From the IMG/VR virus record IMGVR_UViG_3300017699_000006, positions 1 to 36,804 of that record: a DNA stretch of 36,804 bases; one strand, written 5' to 3'. This stretch comes from a virus. Its lineage: Duplodnaviria > Caudoviricetes. Numbering within the stretch: position 1 is the stretch's first letter; each line of letters opens with the position of its first letter. This document shows positions 36,141 through 36,804 of the stretch, piece by piece. A program made the position numbers and the translations under genes. The notes beneath the pieces are model-generated. The model was not told the origin of the DNA, made no database searches, and was given only the letters and a program-made list of their open reading frames with translations.

Positions 36141-36598
36141 TAGGCGGCTTTTTGCTTTTCTTTAATTGGTTGCTTGACTTCGGTGTACTCAGCGTCTTGG
36201 GCGTCCATCTCGATGACCTTGGCTGTGCGCTGCTGCGCCATCTCGAGCGCTTGGCTGATGGAGATGCGCTGGTCGATCTCGACGTTGATCTGCTGCTTGG
36301 CTACCCAGTCGTGCTGGTTCTGCAAGATGGTGGTAGCTGCTTTGATGTCGCCTTGCGCTGCCGCGTCGTGCAGCACTTGGCTCATCTGCATTTCGGACTC
36401 TGTTCTGGCTTTGAGTTCGGCGTATTCCACGATGGGGTCGAACTGGCATAGCTGGCGGTACTCGGTGGGCATCATGCCTGCGGCGATGGCAAGCCTGTCG
36501 CCTTTAAGTCCAAGCCGTGCAGCATCCATGATTGCTTTAAGCCTTGATTCTGTGGCTTGCAACGTACGGGGTGCGTAAGGGAAGCTGAGGAATGTCAT
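36140..36598 (-). CDS. terS: Terminase small subunit
   Basis: Overlaps the terL start (TAATG); HTH-like N-terminus; GDIKAATTILQNQHDW. Confidence 0.7.
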   Translation of the reverse strand: MTFLSFPYAPRTLQATESRLKAIMDAARLGLKGDRLAIAAGMMPTEYRQLCQFDPIVEYAELKARTESEMQMSQVLHDAAAQGDIKAATTILQNQHDWVAKQQINVEIDQRISISQALEMAQQRTAKVIEMDAQDAEYTEVKQPIKEKQKAA

Positions 36599-36605
36599 AA
36601 GCGTG

Positions 36606-36634
36606 AGTGTATCAAAACTAAGGCTGTTTGCAAA
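36606..36634 (-). promoter_or_regulatory. Late-operon promoter candidate
   Basis: TTGCAA-N16-TACACT with extended TG; the -10 ends 7 nt before the terS ATG. Confidence 0.55.
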
Positions 36635-36726
36635 TTTGCTAAAAAAATAAAAATTGTTCGTGAAACCACCCTAGCCACAACGCCCGGTCGCCCGGCCCTA
36701 GGGGGGGGTGGGTAAACCCTAATGCC

Positions 36727-36791
36727 CTTATAGAATAAGGCTTAGCGGGCGATAAAAACGCTAGAGGCTTATAGAATAAGGGTTAGCGGGC
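36727..36791. repeat. 24-bp direct repeat CTTATAGAATAAGG(C/G)TTAGCGGGC with palindromic core
   Basis: Copies at 36727-36750 and 36768-36791, one mismatch. Confidence 0.85.
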
Positions 36792-36804
36792 AAGTTAGCA
36801 GGCG

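Noticed and set aside
13113-36578. Numerous + strand ORFs across the late region, and antisense ORFs within polA, primase and helicase
   Set aside because: Shadow frames of well-supported genes, without SD sequences or recognisable motifs
1-36804. Integrase, repressor, tRNA genes, introns/inteins or alternative genetic code
   Set aside because: None seen by eye; core genes are uninterrupted and of normal length in the standard code. Lifestyle cannot be decided because part of the genome lies outside the window

Overview
The window holds most of a tailed-phage genome with P22-like (podovirus) morphogenesis genes. A Gram-negative host is inferred but not identified. Order: 3' end of a + strand operon and a candidate origin (1-500); a - strand replication operon (primase-helicase, PAPS-reductase-like protein, family A DNA polymerase, small ORFs, putative SSB, Cas4-like nuclease); a divergent promoter near 8250; a + strand operon (VRR-NUC, SNF2 helicase, AT-rich small genes); then a long - strand late region (terS, terL, small basic proteins, portal, scaffold, coat, tail hub, two tailspikes, a fibre, ejection proteins, lysis genes). 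No integrase, repressor, RNA polymerase, tRNA or CRISPR array was seen. The best leads are: a half-size isoprenoid-synthase-like (AFQIxDDxxD) gene coupled to the gp7-like ejection gene; a repeat-bounded array of modular mini-genes with an inverted partner copy; a loop-E-containing intergenic RNA candidate; and a hairpin-plus-iteron origin next to a RepB-like primase. All product calls come from motif recognition and gene order; no database search was run.
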